Positions 1 to 18,889 of a DNA stretch of 64,000 bases are shown here, in pieces. The position numbers and the translations under genes were made by a program. Position 1 is the stretch's first letter; every line of letters starts with the position of its first letter. The DNA is from Trichoplax sp. H2 (Eukaryota): positions 868,001 through 932,000 of the forward strand of contig NOWV01000001.1 in assembly GCA_003344405.1 (NCBI GenBank), written 5' to 3'. The notes beneath the pieces are model-generated. The model saw only the letters and a list, made by a program, of their open reading frames with translations, was not told where the DNA came from and searched no databases.

Positions 1-244
1 TATGATACTAGTACCATTTAAATTATCTGTACTTATTGTCAGATGTAGATGAGAATAGAGCCTAGTTTAACTTGCAATAGATGCCTTTTAGTATAAAATA
101 GTACTTGCATTAAAGTAGGTCTTTCTATGAACACTGTGATACTCTAAATGTAGGAGATTAAAAGACCTCTAAAGACAATAATAAAATGCACTCTAGCCTT
201 CATTGTTAAATCAATCAACTAGGTCGATCAACTAGGATGTAATA

Positions 245-258
245 GTTTCTATAGTAAC
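245..258. promoter_or_regulatory. RFX-binding X-box candidate upstream of RGS22-like gene
   Basis: GTTTCT-AT-AGTAAC fits the X-box consensus GTHNYY-AT-RRNAAC exactly and lies ~460 bp upstream of the RGS22 ATG. Confidence 0.55.
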
Positions 259-718
259 CATCATTTGCATACTATCAATAAGAATGACGATAATATAATA
301 TCGTCTATGAAGCAGTTCCAGCTAATTGCACTCTTCTACGGATTGTTTATACAGATTGGTCAGCATTCGATCCAATTCGGCAATAGTAACCCCTTGTATA
401 GGAGTATAGGATGATATTGGAGTAATGTTTAGATTTGAGAATTACAGTTAATCATAAATAACGGTAGCTTTAGCATATTCTACGATCGTTCTTAATTAAG
501 TCATATATAAAAATGAAGAAATGGTACTAAGAAAGCATTGAAAGTTTTCCACTTCATCATTCTTAATAATCATGATAAGTAAGCTACGATGAATCTAGTA
601 TATTTAATACTTAAAAGTTAGATCTCGATGATTTCCTATTTACTACAATAGTAAATCCTTTACTAAAAGTTAATATTGTCATGCGTTTTTTGATGCACGA
701 TTATACGAAGGTGAGAAA

Positions 719-3700
719 ATGGATGTCAATGAAGATAATTTGGTGAGTAAAATGCTATCCAGAACTGAGAGTCGGAATTTTTATGCCAATATGTACATTT
801 CAGTTTACACTGCAATTATCATTACTGTTATGTGATCTATTATTGCACATTTAGTTATAAATAAGTTGAAAAGTAGATGAAAATTAACACCAATATCAAA
901 ATCTTAAGTAATCTTACAGTTTATACCATTTTATTTACAACGAATTTCAACGTTTTTTTTTGTCTAGTAGCTTAACTGCTATTCTCAGATTGTCGATAAG
1001 TCCAGCTAGTATCCATTCTTTATTACTAACTAATCCCTGTTTTTGGATTGTCTACTATGTAGTTAAGATAAATTGAAAAGTTTGATAAAATTTAGCAGCA
1101 ATTCTGTATACTATAATAGTCGTAGTATTCCATTCATAGCAAATTTCACTCTTAGTAATCTAATTTTGACCTACATGTTGTCGATTATCATGACTAATAT
1201 GCCATCAGCTATTTCGATATAATCGTTACTATTGGCTTGATTATCGTATAGTCTAGATTTCTGAAAACATCGATGTTATGATCTCGAGCAATCCTATATC
1301 ATACATAAATTTTGGTTATACTTTCCGTTCTTTCGGTCGTGCAGCCCAATTTTAACTCTTAAATTGCAGATAGATACGTCTGGTATATAATCAGTTATCA
1401 CCTCCTAGTGTAAGATATGTCTGGAAATTTACACTCAATTAAAGAGTTTATTTTTTATCACTGTCGTACAATATTGCTAAACTATTCCACCCTTTTAAAC
1501 TGAAAACTTTCAAGTAAAATTAATATAGTAAATGCAGACAACTTCATCCTCACGTTTTAGATAGGAATAGTTTATTTAGCTGTAGAATTATAGTATTACT
1601 TTAACTATAAAGACTGAAATTTTATATTAAATACTAGATAATAAATCATTCATTCATAAATTGAACATTTTATATAGGAGACTAAGTTAATGTACGACCA
1701 ACTGCTGGTAGAATTTCTGAATGAATATTTGGCTTCACCGGTAATAATAGATAAAATCAAACGATGACTTTTCTATATTCTTAATTCCTCTTCATAAGAG
1801 AATTTTTGATAGAATTTTTACCACTTTATACGTTGCATTAGACTTTTGGAGAGCGTATAACTTACAACTACAATACGGGCAACTTTGAAGGTCTACGAGA
1901 TGAATTAATTGATCAGAAACAATTCATTAGCAGTAAACGAACAATTTTTATACCACCAGGATCACCCGATCCAAACTCATGTACTTCCATTCATGTTTAC
2001 GTCAAGGTTATAGCTACTATAATATATTCTTGCAGCATTTCAAGCAATCATTTACCTCTTAAAGGTCATTTTAAAGGTATAATTCAATGTTACGACTTCA
2101 CTTTGATACTTCTAGAGTATAGAGAAAAAAATTGGCTTACAATGGTTCAAGTTACATCGATTAAAATCGTTTTTACGTAGCAAATCCTACTGTGAATATC
2201 GTTTAGCGATTGCTATTGATCAAAACTGGGCAGTAAGTAAAAACTTTTTACTAGTCTTTGCTTACTAAATAAAGATATGCTAAGTTCACTTTACAGGTCT
2301 TTGTAGACAGAAAATACAGTACTAAAAGACATTTCACCATCTATGTCCTAATTTATTATTGTCTTATTTCCTTTCATTTCATTTAAATTTTTGAATAGGA
2401 TCATCATAGTAAGAAATATTCTGCTACAAGTAAGAATAGCAAAATAGTCGATAATCTTTCTGTTCATGTTGCCATAGTTTCATTTTATTTCGACAGTATT
2501 TTTAAATAATTATAGCCATGAATTGAAGCTTCAATTTCTTCTAATTTATTACTATTATGCTGAATTCAATAGAAGATTCCAGATTTAATGTAAACAATCA
2601 AAAAGAAAGTCTAGCTAATTCTAAAACATCTGTAAGTATTGTTTATTTGATAATTTATAGGCAACATCGTTGGCAAATATAGTTTCGATCGATTAATATA
2701 GACCCTAGTTTAAATTATCGACTATAAGTAACAAGTAGGTGCATGTATAATATAATTGTAACTACAAGATCTTTGCAGTAACTATTCTAATTAAAAAGCA
2801 GTTTAAGGTGACAGCATTTCAAATATAGTGGCATCTGAATCTTAATAGTTTTAGTGTGATATCCTATAACCTATAATTAAAAGATTAAATTATGAAAGTA
2901 AATGTATGATATAGTCGTGGTAGCTTTAAGTTTTAAAAGAATAAAAGTTGTAAGCTTTTTCACTGATAATAATGGTGATCCAATTGGCAGCAGAAGAATG
3001 GCACATTGTCTATGGCCGTATCGAAGAAAGTTATGGATGAATTTAAAGAGTTTATCCAAGATAGTGATGGATGCAAGTATTTTAATTTCTGGGTAGATAT
3101 TGAATATGCAACGTTACAAAACGACCTAGAAAGTGACGAAAGTTATTCAAAGTAAGTAGCCCAAGAAGATTACGGACTGTAATTTTTATTCCAAATTTTG
3201 ATTTTGTAAGGTATCTCTGTCAATAGAGAAGCATTTCTATATGAAACCGTTTTATCGGCTACATTCGCTATTTACTTTTTTCTACCTATAGTATAATCCG
3301 ATTAATTCGGGATAAGTATGTTAATAATGGTAGCCCAAATCAGTTTAATAAAACATTTCTTGACTCAACCGGGTTGTATCGCCTATCAGCATTAAGTGCT
3401 AAAAAATTATTACATGTACAACAAAAGGCTTTTACAGAATTAGCAAGTTATTGGTGAGTAAAATAATCAATGAATCTACAATTATATTAAGACAATTTGC
3501 ACATAATCAGTAACAAAGCAATCTATAAATTCACCTGTTAACGTTCATTATTTCCTACAGTAGCTATTAATCTTGAGGATAAAACTCTATATCCTAACTA
3601 TTAACTAGTATAACTTCCTTCATAGTAATGCCATTAGAATATTAACTTTTCTAAAAGTAAAAGGATAGTTATATTAAATCAACATTGACAATACTTTTCA

Positions 3701-6700
3701 CTTATCTGTTTAAGGTTGAAATATTTATAGAAGTATAGGATTAATGGTTGTGATGAATCAATTTTGTTAGAATTCTATATCGTAATTGTCAATTTAGTCT
3801 TGCAATTCTAAAGTAAATTTCAACTACAGCAGGCCAGCGGAACATACTTCTTCTTATGGTCATATTAAATCGATTTTATTGTACTGTATCGATATGTGTT
3901 CATAGCAACCTAATCCAGATTTAAAAGTAACGTAAATTATTTTAGTAGCTTCTGATTTAGTTATTTTCTTAGTATAAACGGTACAATTAAAATACTAAGC
4001 TGACACAAATCTGCGTAATAAAATAAAGATAATTGCTATTTTTATCATCTAGTCTCATATTCTAAAGAACTTACATAGGCTGTAGATAATAATTTAGTTA
4101 GGCTAATAAGTTATACAAATAAAATAGAATATTTATATCCATTGCATCATAAGAGATGTTATTATTTGTCAATGATAACAATGAATCCTATGTGGTATTT
4201 TAATTTTAATAACTTGATTATAAAACTACAGGTATCCTCGTTTTATGATATGGTATCAGCTGCAACATAAGTCCTTAATTACAGATAGCTCAAATTCTCA
4301 TCGACAGATTACCAGATCAGTGGCTCAATCATTGTCTAGGCCTAGCAGCGCAAGTAATCCATCTAAAGCTGTTTCTCTATGTAAAGTCTCCTTTCCTAGC
4401 GAACCTTATTTCGAAGAATTATCCATACCAAAACGTCGACCCCAATCCGCAATATCGGCTCACAGTAGACCTTCTTCTGCAAGATATAAGGTAAAATCCG
4501 ACTATGTTATTGCTAATTAAAATTATCCATAAATCCACCTCTAGTTAATCTTTCTTGTTACTCAAATTGTGCTTTTTGAATCATGGTATGCTTCCATCTG
4601 CATAAGAATAGAGTTTAGATTATCACATCATTGTTGTAAAATTGCTCCATAGATGGTGTACTATAGAAGAAAAACATCTCGATTTTTATTGCAGACAAAA
4701 TCTTTAACTCAAACACCAGGCTTAGTCGATCACTATCGTCAAACTTTAAATCAAGTTGACAGCGATCATGAGAGTACCAAAGCATGGAGTCAAAGAAATG
4801 AAATTACCAATTGTGAAGGAAATGGCATTAAGACAATTATTACTAACAAGGGTAAAATGGTGCGTTAATATAGAAATTTCCTTTTAATGTCATCCTGTTG
4901 CTAAGCTTGCTTAATATCTAGTGCATCGATTAACATATTTCCCTCTATACATTGACCAAATAAGCTTTTTTATGATCTATTAAGATGAATAATCAAAATT
5001 AAATGATCAAAAGATCTACAGTAACTTTTACTATATCATAGTCATGTAATTACATTTGCCTATTTTAAATCTACCTACATAGCCTATAAATGACATGATA
5101 AAAATATAAAATAGATATTTGTATCCAGTATTACGGTCTCTTGAAGATGAGTAGTCTAAATTTGATATGACTAAAAGATCGATCGTAGTTTTAGAAGAAG
5201 ACGTAGTAGATTTTTTGTTACAATATCAAACTATTAATCTATAGTGTAGCCTATGATATACCCTTTTCCTGCAACTGCAATAAATAAGTTTTTAGGGTCC
5301 ATCATAGCTGAATAGTCGAAGTGAAAACGATTACAGGATCTGTGATAGCTTTAGAGTGAGATCTGATGAATTTATTATTGAACCATAGCTATAAATCTAT
5401 AGTAGCCCATGACCTCCTACATCTTTTCTCTATACGACTAATATAAATAAATTTCATGATCCATCGAAGATGAATAAAAAAATGAGACGATTAGAAGTTA
5501 GTTTTAGAGTGAAATAAGGCGAATGTATAAAATATCATAGTTTCAGAATTGATTTATTGTGACTTTAGAGTAAAAATCAAGACAAAAATGTTACTCTATG
5601 TTAAAATATCGATTGCTTTAGAATAGAATAGAATTAGAGTATCTTTTAAAAATTTTATGTACGCTTATTTCAATTTCTTTTAATGCTATCCCTCCTTTAG
5701 AACGAACCTAAAAAACAACTCATTGAATACTATGATCAAGAACCGTTATCCTATGATAATGAAAGCTTAATCCAGTCATTGCGTATTGCCTTGGAGAATG
5801 ACTCCAACTGTGGAAATTATTTTAAAAATTTCTTACAGCAGTCTGGTTGTGATCAGGTAACGTCAAGTTTGAATACAGCAGTGATTTTCTACTAATGCTT
5901 CTTATAGGGTGGGATAGCAAGAAATCATTTTATTCTATTTTTACTTCGTATAGTAAAGGAATACAGTAGTAATCTTTTATAAAAGGATCATAAGTGCTTC
6001 GAGTAATACTGTTATAATAGCTGCTTCTTGTAAATAGACGATATTGTTTAGTTATTATTAATTTACTTTCTGCAGAGTATTAAAAATTGCCATCAGTTAT
6101 GGCATGATATACTGGAATATATTCAATTCTTTCACGAAGGTACTTTTAACGAATTTAAAGTGGGAAGCTTCGCCAAGGTAACTGAAGAAATAGTGCGACT
6201 ATAATTCGATATTCTAACAGCAGTCTTATAACTGGTTAATCATCTAAAAAATTCTAAAGCTGGTAATTTAAAGTATGCATATCCTACGATTTATTCTCCT
6301 AATAATTGTTACCACCTTTCAATCGTGCAGAGAATTTTTAGCGACTATATATTGCCTGGTAGCCGATTCAATATTCATTGTAACGAAAAACTACGTAAAA
6401 AGGTCATTAAGCAACTGGATCCGCCTTATGAAGATTTATTTGATGATATTGAAGATTTTATTTTAAGAAAATTATTACCGCCTTGGAAGAATTTCTTACA
6501 ATTTGATAAAGAAGAACTATCTAAAGTCAGTTCGATCTTTCAAATCTTAGCGATTGCTCATAAAAAGAACTTAAAATAATTATCTTATTTGCGGTAGTTC
6601 CCTTCTAGGCAATCTACCATTTTAGTTTTTTATTATTTTGAAAAATTAATAATGGCGTTAAATATTTTTAAGACAAAGTCTATGTAGTGTACATGGACCT

Positions 6701-9700
6701 GTATACAGTATTTAAACTAGATAGGTACAATGGCCTTAAACTGATGTATGAAATATCTTTCATTCTACACATATTTTAGTTACCAAAAATGTCCATTTTA
6801 AGATATGTGGAAACTGAAGAATTTATTCCAATTTTGCAACGTGGGATCGGAGTTTATTCTGAAGACTGTGATACAGAATCAAGTTTATACATGGATTCAT
6901 TTGAATCTATGCTAAGTCAGCACAGATCGGCCAAGGTTACAGCAATTTCACTCAAGTCACTTAAAAATTTTTGTCTTTGATTGGCTGAATTGTCGGACTA
7001 ACGTTTTCTTATGTACTTGGTTAGAAATCAGATAAAGATTCTGTTAGCTTTATGGCTGCAGCCTTGGAAGCTCTCCATGGGCAGCATTTTGTCGATGGTA
7101 AAGGCGATACAGACAGCGTAGATGGCTCCAACAGTGATAGTAGTTTTTCAGATGATGACAGTGACCTTAAAGGACCGCAGACATTTCAGAAGACATTAAG
7201 CAATCGTAGTGAATTAGAGTTTCTTCGTAAATTTTTGGAAGAGAAACAATCTGTCAATGATTTACTATGTTTCCTTGATATTGAGGAATATCGTCGAGTG
7301 CCCCATACAGATGGTGCAACACGAAATCTATTGGCTAGCCAAATTAAAGAGAAATACCTAAATAGGAAATATTTTTTCAATGCTAATAGTCCTGCTAATA
7401 AAATGGTTCAAAAGAAAGTAAGTCGGAAGTAGATGACTTTAATATATTTTCGAAATAATTCGATTGCTGTATTCAATAAAAATTGTTACAATAACAGTTC
7501 CCATGGTCATTTACACAGAAACAATTTCAGTATTTAAGTATCCATTATTAAATTTCTTTCCACTAAGTTCTAATTAATTGATTATTAGAATGCCAATAGT
7601 GATCCTGTGCTTGCTTATCCACTTCCATTGTAGCCTTCTAGACAATTATCGTTAGCTATCTCTTGCTACTCTGATCTTCAAATAATGTCCTATTCTACTG
7701 TATATTGCTTCGATAGACTAGTAATCCGTTTTAGCTGCTTCTGTCATTATTTTTATACTCAATATTTCAATAATGTCCTATTGTAAATTATCTAGACAGA
7801 CTAGCAAACCGCTACAATACATCCTTGACTCTCCTTTTCACTATGTTAGCATTAAAGTGATGGGCTATAGGGAATCATCCATAACCAGATTACTATACAA
7901 TCATTAATAACTGCCTTTTGCTACTCGAATATTTAAATAGTTTTCGATAATATGATATTTAAATAGATTAGTAATAGCTATGCAACACCTATAACTGCCC
8001 TGTCCGATTGCAAGATTTGAATAATATTCTTTACTAAATTACCCATAGGCAAACTGCTATATAACTGTCATTACTTGTTACATTTTACAACTCTACTATT
8101 TAAGTAAACCCTGCTGTAAATTATCTAGATAGACTAATAAAATGCTACACCTCGGCTTGACCACTTCATAATATGTTCTTACACTAAGAAGATATTTGAA
8201 TATGTTTTATAGAAAATTATCCAGATGTAGACTTTTACAGATTCATCATCGGTTACCTCGTACTATTGTAAATTTCTAAAAACTACTATACGTACAAGCA
8301 AACTGCAATAATATATCCTCAGTATTATAGAAAGAAACTGTCATGTTCACATCTTTCACTACTCTTGAACCATTCCAATACTGAAATCAAAATTCTATTC
8401 TAAACTATCTAGATCTATACTGCTATGCATTCAAGTAATAAACTTTATCCGGATTGTCCATCATCATCTACATTAATCAGTGTGCAAAAGATTTTAAGAG
8501 CTAGACTTCAGAAGCATTGGTTTCCCTTATTTCTACAAACCGAAGATTTTAGAAGGAGAAGAGCACAATCAATGAACGCTAAATTATTCAACTTTAATTG
8601 TAGCAACTCACAACAGGGCTCGGCATTAAAGGTAATTGTGTTCGATAAGTAATAGGTAATCGTGTTCGATATTACACATAATTAATCAAACATGAATCGA
8701 AATGAATTATAGGATGATCATTACTGCACTGATCGGTAATTCCTGCATTAAGTAAAAGCTGTTTTTTTGCAATTTCTTACATCCCTGGTCTAGCTCCTGC
8801 GAAGTCGATGGAAATCTTCATCATATGATTTAATTTATCTTCGAAAAACCTTAATTGATGCCGAAAAATCAGTTAATTTTCAACATTTCCTAGTTGCTAA
8901 ACATAATCTTTTAGAAAGCAATGTTTTATTTTGGCGAGAAGTTCAAAAATATAAGGTAATCTTGTCTCTATGATATTTTAACGGGATTTTTATATCTTAT
9001 ATACTCATATATTTATATAGCATAAATCAATAAAAGTACTCATTTCTATTGATTTTATGTACAATGATAAACTGAAAAAAATTAGCTAGTGCATGAGTTC
9101 AAACTAAGCGTATTCCAGCTTCAATTGGTTGTATTAAGCATCTAATTATGTCAGTCACTCACTACCACCCAATCTAAACATGACTTCAGTATGAGCGTAG
9201 TTAAGTGATTTAGATTGAAGGCCGAAAAAATGACGGTCTTAGTTATATATCTGTAAATTATTGACATATTTTTAAAAATTGTGGCATGAAATTAGTTAAT
9301 TGTCCAAAATTTCATGCGCACGTCTAACTCTCTAAATGTAGCATGACGAGTTAAAATCATGTTTAAGCTATACATGAGGGTGCATTTTAAATTTTTGTTT
9401 AGGAATTATGTCATTCTCATGCGGAAATTACCTTCAGAATCAGTAAAGCGAAAGCCATCATTAGTCGATTTATTGATTCGGCTGTTCCACCACGCATACA
9501 AATTAGCATATCCGTAGATATTGCTAATCGTATTGTTGATCAGCAGAGGCAGGCTGGACCTTACATATTTCGTGAAGCACAGGTAAGAATGAATGATTTT
9601 TGATTATATTACATATAGGTTAATACATAAGTCCTTTCTCTCGGCAATATATAATAAGTATTAACCATACTATTATAGCTAACAGTATTCCGCGGCCTCT

Positions 9701-10533
9701 TTGGCTATTGGGGAGCGTATCGAGCCTTAGAAGCTACAGTCACTCCTGATTACTTTGCTACTGCGGCCGAAGAAGCGAAAAAACAAAGAAGAGAAAGATT
9801 TACTATTTATAAAAAACAGATAGATGAAGCAAATAAAAATAATCAAATGGAAGATAGCAGTATTGGTGGCGATAGTATCGGTGTCATAGAAGATAGTGTA
9901 GAACCTGAAAAGTTGATTAATGATCATCACACTTCATTTCGTTATTCGATATATTGTAAGGAAGGTATGGCTACCGACAATGTTGACATTAATGCTACCG
10001 AAATCAATCAGAAGAAAAATGAAGATGTTATTGATATTAACAAGAGTGTAAATGGTGAAGAAAAGGAAGAAAAACTGGAGAAAAAACAACTGCCTCCACG
10101 ATCAAAATCTGCACGTTACAGAAGAAAAATTTCCGATTCACTGAAGGAGAAAGAAGAGCAATCTAATGTGATAGATAGAATCGGACTAGAATTATCGACA
10201 ACGAAACAGCTCGATAAAGAGGATGTATCAGCCAAAATCACTGTTGTAAAAAATAAATCTCGCCCTTCAAGTGCTTCTTCTGCTTCTATCATGACTCAGT
10301 CTCCTCGTTATACTACTTGGAAAGGTAACTCTAGCCCAAATTTATCACCTAAACTATCAAAACAGGTTCATTTGAGTGAAAAGGACGTTACTAAGTTGAA
10401 GGTCAGAACTCAGTTGCGTCAACGATCGCATTGGCAACAAATCGTCAACCCATCTTTACCAACCTGTCAAGAAATTATATTACGGCGATATGCAAATAAG
10501 TTCGAAGTCAAATCGAATCATAAGAAACATTAA
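719..10533 (+). CDS. RGS22: Regulator of G-protein signalling 22-like (multi-RGS-domain), multi-exon
   Basis: Spliced exons give MDVNEDNL/ETKLMYDQLLVEFLNEYLASP/TFGERITYNYNTGNFE and QWFKLHRLKSFLRSKSYCEYRLA, resembling the RGS22 N-terminus. Several RGS-like blocks follow (AQNGTLSMAVSKK-flanked exon 2964-3151, LLCFLDIEEYR, LFWREVQKYK, FIDSAVPPRIQISI, PYIFREAQ). Last exon ends at the stop of ORF 9847-10533. Start codon is tentative. Confidence 0.85.
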
Positions 10534-11187
10534 TGTAAGGTAGTACTGTTAATACTACAATTGATCGAGATTTTTGTATCAGGTGGGCTTGTACGTGCTA
10601 CACGGAATGACTTGCTGTAATATATTTGTTATGTACTATAATTTTCTTGTAAAGACAAGAAATCTTTATATTATATTTCTTTCCTCACACAAGAAAAATA
10701 TCAATTATTTATTAACTGTTTAAACGGTGATAAGCGACTGTATGTAACTACCTATTGCACAGATACGAGAAATAAAAAACAAGTTAACATCATCTTGAAG
10801 TAATTTACATACAAAATAAGGTGTTAAAATATATGTACATGGTCAAAAATTATTTCTTCATTAATAAATATTCGAGATATTTTACCGCAAATTATAGTAG
10901 AACGTTTGCCTAGAATATTTATATTAAGAAAAAAATAAAACACTATAATGTACAGTGTACAAATTGTACATTTATCCAACTCACCGAATAAGATGACAAT
11001 AAAGCACGCAAAATACAGATAAATCTTGATTAAGATTGTGATGAAAGTTAGAATACGATACGGTACATTGGTATTGAATATGCGACAAAATTAATATTTA
11101 AGTGCATATATACAGTGATAACATTAATAGAAATGAGTTATAGTAATAATACTGCTGCTTTGATGATGTAAATAGGTTATATGCAAC

Positions 11188-15214
<4,027 letters not shown>

Positions 15215-15672
15215 GACACCTTTTACCTTATTTTACACATAGTAAAATTATTCTTAGTAACAGTATTCTACTGCGGACCATCATTAATCCGATATGGATA
15301 CGACTATAGTATTTACGTAGACATTATTCACACCAGCCAAAGTACAGTACAATGAATTAACCATATCCTAATATATGATTTACAGTTCTAGTTTTACCTA
15401 TAGCCTTATTAGTAACTCAACACCTTACTGTATGTAGTCATCTGTACTCTAGCACTACACTGCATATCTACAAAATATCTACACTGCTATATATCAAAAT
15501 TTACAGCTAATTAATCATCACACTACTACTAGTGTGCAATCAATTATGTTTTCTGCTATTAGTTTGCTATGCTCGTACAATACTGTACTGAATGGAATTC
15601 AGTAGTGAAGAACGACATCAGGCTGAGTACAGTACATTATACTAACACCGTCAACCACTTTAAATACTATCA

Positions 15673-18033
15673 TTACTTTATAGGTGCTTTGGTTAGAAAA
15701 AGAACAACAGTTGCTGCGTGTGGGCTTGTAAAACCATTCAGGGTTATCTTGTTTTGATTATTCAATGGATTGGAAATGTGCTGGACAGGAGTGGAGACCT
15801 GCTGAGGCTGTAAACTGCATTCAAGCTTGGCTTGCAGTTTGACGTAACTTGGAACGTTGCAGGTTGTGAAAGATTCGGTAGGAGAATTGCTAGTCAGGCT
15901 ATCGGCAGCTTCTACGCCGTTATGAGATGCTTTTGTGGGCTCTTCACCTTGAATATCTTGTGATATTAGTTGATCCGATGGAGTTTCAATAGTAGTCGCT
16001 TGGTCTGGATTGGAAGGAAAGGCAAACATTATCCATTGACAAATGGCGCAAACTACTTGGTACACACTTGTATCAGGTGGCCGAGAAGAGTCGCTAGTAC
16101 ACTATAGTATTATAATATTATTTCTACGCAGTACAGTACGGTACGGACGTACAACGTGGTGTACAGTACAGTACTGTCATTTGTTGCACAGCGCACACTC
16201 AGTCATTCATGATACACTCGATGCAAGTACAGTGTACAGTATTACGCATTACAGCGTTATACAGTACTGTACTGTACTGTACAGTACATACTGTACAGTA
16301 CAGTACAGTACACGTCAGTACACAGTATACAGTCGTAAGATCGTCAATAATAACAGTAGGCATGGAAAGGTTTACTGTAAATGATAATGATAATACAGAT
16401 ACTGTATACAGTAATATAGATTTATATTAGATTCGGCGACTACTGTAGTGTGCAGTACTGAGAGAGAGAGAGAGCAGTAGTCCCTGTTGGATTCAATCCA
16501 ATAAATCGATAGTAATGAGCGCTTGAAAAATTACTATTAATAATGCATCTACAGTATAAAGTATATTTATACAGTACAGTACATACTGTATTCAAATACT
16601 GTACATCATACTGTACAGTACAGTACAGTACAGTACAGTACAGTACAGTGAACAACTTAACTGCATTGCATCATGCGTCATGCGCAATGCACAATGTGCA
16701 TGCTTGATGAGCCTACACTATATAGTGTACAGTACACGTTGATGGCACTATGGCAGCCAATAATTAATTTCAATTTCAATAATATGAAAATTGATATAAT
16801 GTATAGTACCAAGTTATTAGTTTAGTCATTATATCAGTAATTGCAGTACAGTCATAGAGAAATGGTCAGTGCGACTTTCTATTTGATTGACATCATCTTT
16901 ATGGATAACTTAGCAAATAGGAAATTGAATTAATTTAGGCATCGATCGATGTAACCCAGGAAGCAATCCCCAACTAGTATAGATGCTACACCTTCAGCAC
17001 GATAGACACGTACTCACAAAACGTACTCACAAAATGATAAATTACTGCATAAATAGTCGTGTAGAAGGAAAGAAAGTCGGCAAGAGGCCGCTTATCTGAA
17101 GTTGACTACATAAAGTTGACGATATGCTTGTAGTCTTAAACACTTATAGGAAAGTTTACATCGCATCTGATTTAAGGTTTTTTGTGCATCTAATCTTCTG
17201 CTGTCAAGGTTGCATACGATTTCAAAAAAAATTGTGTCGATGCGGCACATTGCCGGTGGCTACGATATCTTTGAAGCGCTCAGTAACTATTTATATAGCT
17301 AATCACGAAACATCGGCTGAAAATATTCAAATATAAATGCTACGGTTATTCTTTTAAAATATTGTAAAACAAGATCGCGTTAATTCGTTTGATTGCTTGA
17401 ATAGTTTTAGTTACTACTGTACAGTAGATAGGCTCGTAATTTAAATAACAAGTAACATCGCGATACAACTAAGTAGTGTATAGATATATACATGCATATA
17501 AATGCTACAACTATACTAGTCAGTAGTTACTATGTGTTGAACGTTTACATCAACTGCCACTGCTAGATTACGTGAACACCAACTTATTACTGTCAGTTCT
17601 TGGCTAGTATTGCCATGTAATCGTCATCAATAATTCTACGGCGTAATAACAATAACAAAATAACATAAACATCAACATTTGCGGTTGTACAGTTATGTTT
17701 CTCTACGAACTAAACCATACAGAATACAGTCATAGCAATATCGACATTGATTTTTGATTCATCAGTCATTCCAGAAATTGCAACCACTAATTTACCGTTA
17801 AAAGAAATGGTTTTATTTGTACTTCTATTTTGCTGGATTAGTTGCAAGATGGAGAACGGCAAAGAAAACGCTTGTTCCTTGATTACTTTCGTTACATGCT
17901 TATTGTTCATTATGAATACGTCGCTTTGATCTTCGCATATAGCTCGTATTGCAGAATCAACTTTGAGTAATAATTCTGTCGATGCGCTACCTCCTGATTG
18001 AGGATGCGATTGTAGAGAAGTAATTGCTTCCAT
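15673..18033 (-). pseudogene. Unrecognised multi-exon gene or pseudogene
   Basis: Protein-like ORFs at 17710-18033 and 15673-16093 (AG acceptor at 16094-16095). The intervening exon-like segment ~17030-17288 (TERFKDIVATGNVPHRHNFF / EIVCNLDSRRLDAQKTLNQMRC) is broken by a one-base shift in a T8 run. No family recognised; could be two separate units. Confidence 0.3.
16130..16735. repeat. TACAG/CTGTA pentamer cluster (includes a (CAGTA)n run and a (GA)n tract)
   Basis: Dense cagta/tactg words, with a pure (cagta)n run at ~16616-16649. Confidence 0.9.
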
Positions 18034-18889
18034 AAATTAGCGCGAACTAAACACGTTTAACTTGACGGTAAATCAATGTCAGATTGGAAGAATTTTTAAC
18101 TTTGAAAATGACGATAGAGTATAAACAATACGTATATATAATGTTGCTGTATCATACAAGAAGCTTGTTGGACTAAATCTAGACGTCACGGTACAACACT
18201 ACGATACGATTCGCGAGTGTATTAGACATGATCTCACGTAAATAATTAAAATCGCATCGGCATTGTTTTCTTTGGCATAACAATGCATATTCTTGATGGC
18301 GAAAACAATATGACACTGTTAGGAGTATTGTTAACAGCTAGTTGTATTGTAACTACAAGGATTTCTTTCTATATTAACTTCTGCCAATGAGATCGCCCAA
18401 AGAGTAAGTAAAAATTATAAGTTAATAATTATAACTACTCCGTTAATTGATTAAATCGTACATATACATACAATAGCATGGGTCAGAAACTTAGAGAAGT
18501 CCGTGAGACCCTGATTCAGTACAGTAATCAAAACGGCAGTCAGCTTTTGCTATACAGTATGTACTATTAATTCTAATTATTCTAATTACGTCATAATATT
18601 GGCAGTATGTATTCACCTAAAAAGAGTAACGCAATATTTTGAGGGAAGAATGAATCACCTTTCACTATTTCGCTGACCTAAGAGTTGTTAAACTTCGAGT
18701 GATCAGAGAGCAAGAATTGCTAATAGCGATATCAATATATAATTAAATTAGGAGCTCTCTTTTCATAGTCTACTTTAAAACGTGACCATGGCACTGGTAA
18801 TAGCGACTAGAGTCACTAGTCTAGACTATAGATATAGCAGAGATATAAAAATTCCCCTTTCTTATAACTCTATGGTGATTGTAGGCTAT

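Noticed and set aside
4232-4240. GTATCCTC as a U12 donor
   Set aside because: It follows a CAG acceptor and is the start of an RGS22 exon (W-Y-P-R-F).
16043-16655. ORFs rich in YCTVLYSTVQ (also at 19052-19377, 26207-27047, 34983-35308, 60423-60743)
   Set aside because: These are translation by-products of TACAG/CTGTA repeats, open on both strands, and not credible proteins.
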